Assembly (NCBI GenBank): GCA_051362555.1
Contig: CM120643.1
Coordinates: forward strand, 27,718,848-27,782,847
DNA from: Lingula anatina
Lineage: Eukaryota > Animalia > Brachiopoda
Length of the DNA stretch: 64,000 bases
Direction: 5' to 3'
The notes beneath the pieces are model-generated. The model made no database searches, had not been told where the DNA came from, and worked only from the letters and a program-made list of their open reading frames with translations. How positions within the stretch are numbered: the stretch's first letter is position 1; each line of letters starts with the position of its first letter. Of the stretch, positions 61,394 through 64,000 are shown in pieces. The position numbers and the translations under genes are program-made.

Positions 61394-62754
61394 TTCACAC
61401 ACTCAACATAAAAAGAAAAATAAAAACATCCAGACGGGGGCCTAAGTATAGCAGCTGCATGCAGATGAACTCCTCTACACTGTAAACAAACACTGAATTA
61501 ATGTCCTGGCATGATAGCTGGCAAGGTTCAGTATTTGGGTTATCCGCTTGGAAAAAAAAGAAAGAGAAAAATATTCAAGAAAACATTTCTGCTTCAAAGA
61601 TTCATCAGCACCAATCAAATGTTTCCCTTTAATGAATCCAACCTCACTTCCACTAATGAGAAAAGAGACATTTGGACTCAAGAGGAAATGAATTTGTTTC
61701 AATGTTGCTGTAGTAAGGCACAGAACAAGAAGATCACATTACAGGTAGCTGTGCTCAGGCATCCCAGGTACTCCGTATACTTGGCAATCCAGGTGAAAAT
61801 ACAGGCTCAGGTGTAAATTACCTCAGTAACACTTTAAACTTTCAATGCATAATTCCCGATTTGTGAAGGAGTAATCTGCTGAGCTCCCTCCAGACAGACA
61901 AAGTAATTAGTACTGCTGGGAAGAAAAAATGAAAACCAGTTTCTTCCTGCTCCCAGTATCACGTGTTTATTTACAGTACAAATATTTACATGGCTGCAAC
62001 TGCAATTCATCATATACATGTGTACCTTGACATGACTTCGGGAGAAAAAGACAAACTCATAAGCGTGTTCCAGTCTGGTAAATTGTGTAGCAGTAATCAC
62101 CCCTCCTCCATCTCACGCCCTTCCTTTGAAGGATATTACGTGAAACAAAATAATTCCAGACAAACATGCCGTCAATATAATTAGTGATATATTTCATGTG
62201 CCAGCTGGCCAACCCAGACTTTTTAGCACTAGGTTAAAATTTACTATGCTCAAGTTGACACAGACATATTTTTTTTTCTAAAATGATCAACCTTTCATCT
62301 AAGAGGTTAATGACAATTATAAAAGTGAAATCAAATTTCAAGTCATAGAATCTTTTCTGTTTTGGTGAGAAGGATTAATCAATTTTCTAACCCAGCTCTC
62401 CACCTGTTCAGGTATGATGTAACATACCTGTACTACTACAGAAGACAGGTGGAACTTTATCAAAACAAATATCTGTCTATTTAGACCCAAGAAAAATCAG
62501 AAAGAAATATTGGAAAGAAAGAAATTCAGTCAGACCAATATTTGCTATTTGAGCGAATTAAAACCAGTTCCTTATCAATTTAAATGGACTTTTTCTTCAC
62601 ATTTTTGAACCAAAAGTTGCTTTCGATGATTGGACTACAACTAATGAAGTGCCCCCCCTTTTGTACCCTACTTCAGATCATATACTAGCTAACTGTAGAA
62701 GTTCAAAGGAAGAGCCCCCCCCCAAGGTGTGTGGTAATCTATAATCTCACCTAC

Positions 62755-62853
62755 CTGTAGAAGTACAGAAGAAGGGTCTCCCCCCAAGGTCCGTGGCTTG
62801 GTCTCCTCCAGAATAATCCCTGTCAGCTCTATGTCTGTCAGTTTCTCAGCCAT
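62755..62853 (-). CDS. NDRG: NDRG first coding exon (preceded by an acceptor, so an upstream exon exists)
   Basis: ttcag-A-ATG; MAEKLTDIELTGIILEETKPRTLGGDPSSVLLQ; donor CAG/gtaggt in phase 0; resembles NDRG N-termini (acidic 'ELxDVxL' type). Confidence 0.82.
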
Positions 62854-64000
62854 TCTGAAATGACCAAGATATGTTTAATCTCTTATTTTTCCTTTCATTC
62901 TAAAGAAAGTGATGGTTGATTATGACAGTGAAGTTGAAACCCTATGAAAATACTGTTTAATGTATTAGCTTGTGCCAAAAATCACGCATATATTCCCTTA
63001 AAATGACTTTAACCTTGTGACTTGAATAACATAGAGATAAATGATATGATAATGGTGTAAAATATCAATACTGCCTTGCAGTGCATTAAGTAAGACTAGC
63101 AAATAACAAAGCTAATGAATTAGGATAGCCAACATGCACTTTTGACACAGTGACAAGTAAGGATCAAATGTGTCAGTATAAATCCAGCCAATTACATTAA
63201 AACTGGTAGAGAAATACAGAAAAAATAAACACACACACGGACATGAAAAAACACAATTTATATACAGTTCATGTGTATACACGTAGGTATCTCATTTTTG
63301 AAGATAGAATAATTCTTTCAAAAGAAAAACTAATTGACTTACTAATCATGAAAGTGAATTTCAATGCAGTAGCTTGAAATCCTACTGTACCACATGCTTC
63401 TGAACAAATCTAGAGAACTATAGTTTTACCTCTTTCTTTTCCTTTTGTTACGTCTCGACATCAACACAGAACAAAGACAATCACAAAAATTTGGTTCTGT
63501 GTTCATTGTGATATTTTTCTCAATATCCAATTGATTTAAACTTAAAAATTCCACAATACTGTTACTACTGCTACATACTACAACTGAAAAATACATTTAT
63601 GTCTGACCATCCCAAAGCATGCTGGTGTAATAATATCCAACAATTACAGCTCTCCAACAAAGGTGGCCTAAAATAACTGTCCAGCATAGATTTCCTTTAA
63701 TGTAAGACAGGTGAAAAATATGTTGACACATAATTTCATCAGCAAATAAGTCACTGATGGGATTAACACAGAGGTGGAATACCTTCACCTTTATCTGGGC
63801 TGAGAGACCCTGGAGTTAGCTCAGAGGGTTCACATGGAACACATCTCACTCAGATATTATAGTCTTTAAAAACTTTCTCGCATGTAGAATTTTGACCAGT
63901 GTAACTACTGGGTTTAACCTCTTTTATTACACAAAAGCACTCAAAATTTTGAAAAGCAAAGCAAAAAAAAAATGTTGAAAATGAACAAAATTGAGTCACC

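Larger units (their letters stand above)
38507..62853 (-). other. NDRG: Gene span: NDRG-family protein (catalytically inactive alpha/beta-hydrolase fold), 11 core coding exons, ~377 aa
   Basis: Spliced CDS is 1134 nt and in frame; motifs TYHDIGLNH, HFCVYHINAPGQ, FPSMDELSEM, GFGMGAGANILTRFA, GWTEWGWQK, SDCGGMPLEEAP, FLQGLGY; C-terminal EAEC. Confidence 0.92.

Overview
AT-rich animal (probably invertebrate) genomic DNA with spliceosomal GT-AG introns. It is not prokaryotic, and I see no CRISPR array, rRNA or tRNA. Two genes lie in tandem on the minus strand. (1) An NDRG-family gene has 11 core coding exons (62853 to 38507, about 377 aa) and a long AT-rich 3' region. (2) The 5' part of an outer-arm axonemal dynein heavy chain (DNAH5-like) has 25 coding exons (33962 to beyond base 1, about 1527 aa in the window). 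All exon borders were read by hand and the intron phases join without frameshifts. Transposons: a 5'-truncated L2-clade LINE with an uninterrupted RT ORF, a 734-bp non-autonomous Harbinger-type element, two inverted copies of a Tourist-like MITE, and a MITE with 8-bp target-site duplications (TSDs). The most interesting structure is hidden in the two large introns. The 16-kb NDRG intron holds a series of short, frame-preserving phase-2 cassette exons or microexons, two of which look paralogous. The 18-kb first dynein intron holds several candidate alternative first coding exons. There is also a minisatellite whose units each carry an RFX X-box-like palindrome, and repeated local duplications of exon ends together with their splice donors. 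These are sequence-based hypotheses that need RNA data. I cannot establish novelty without database searches.
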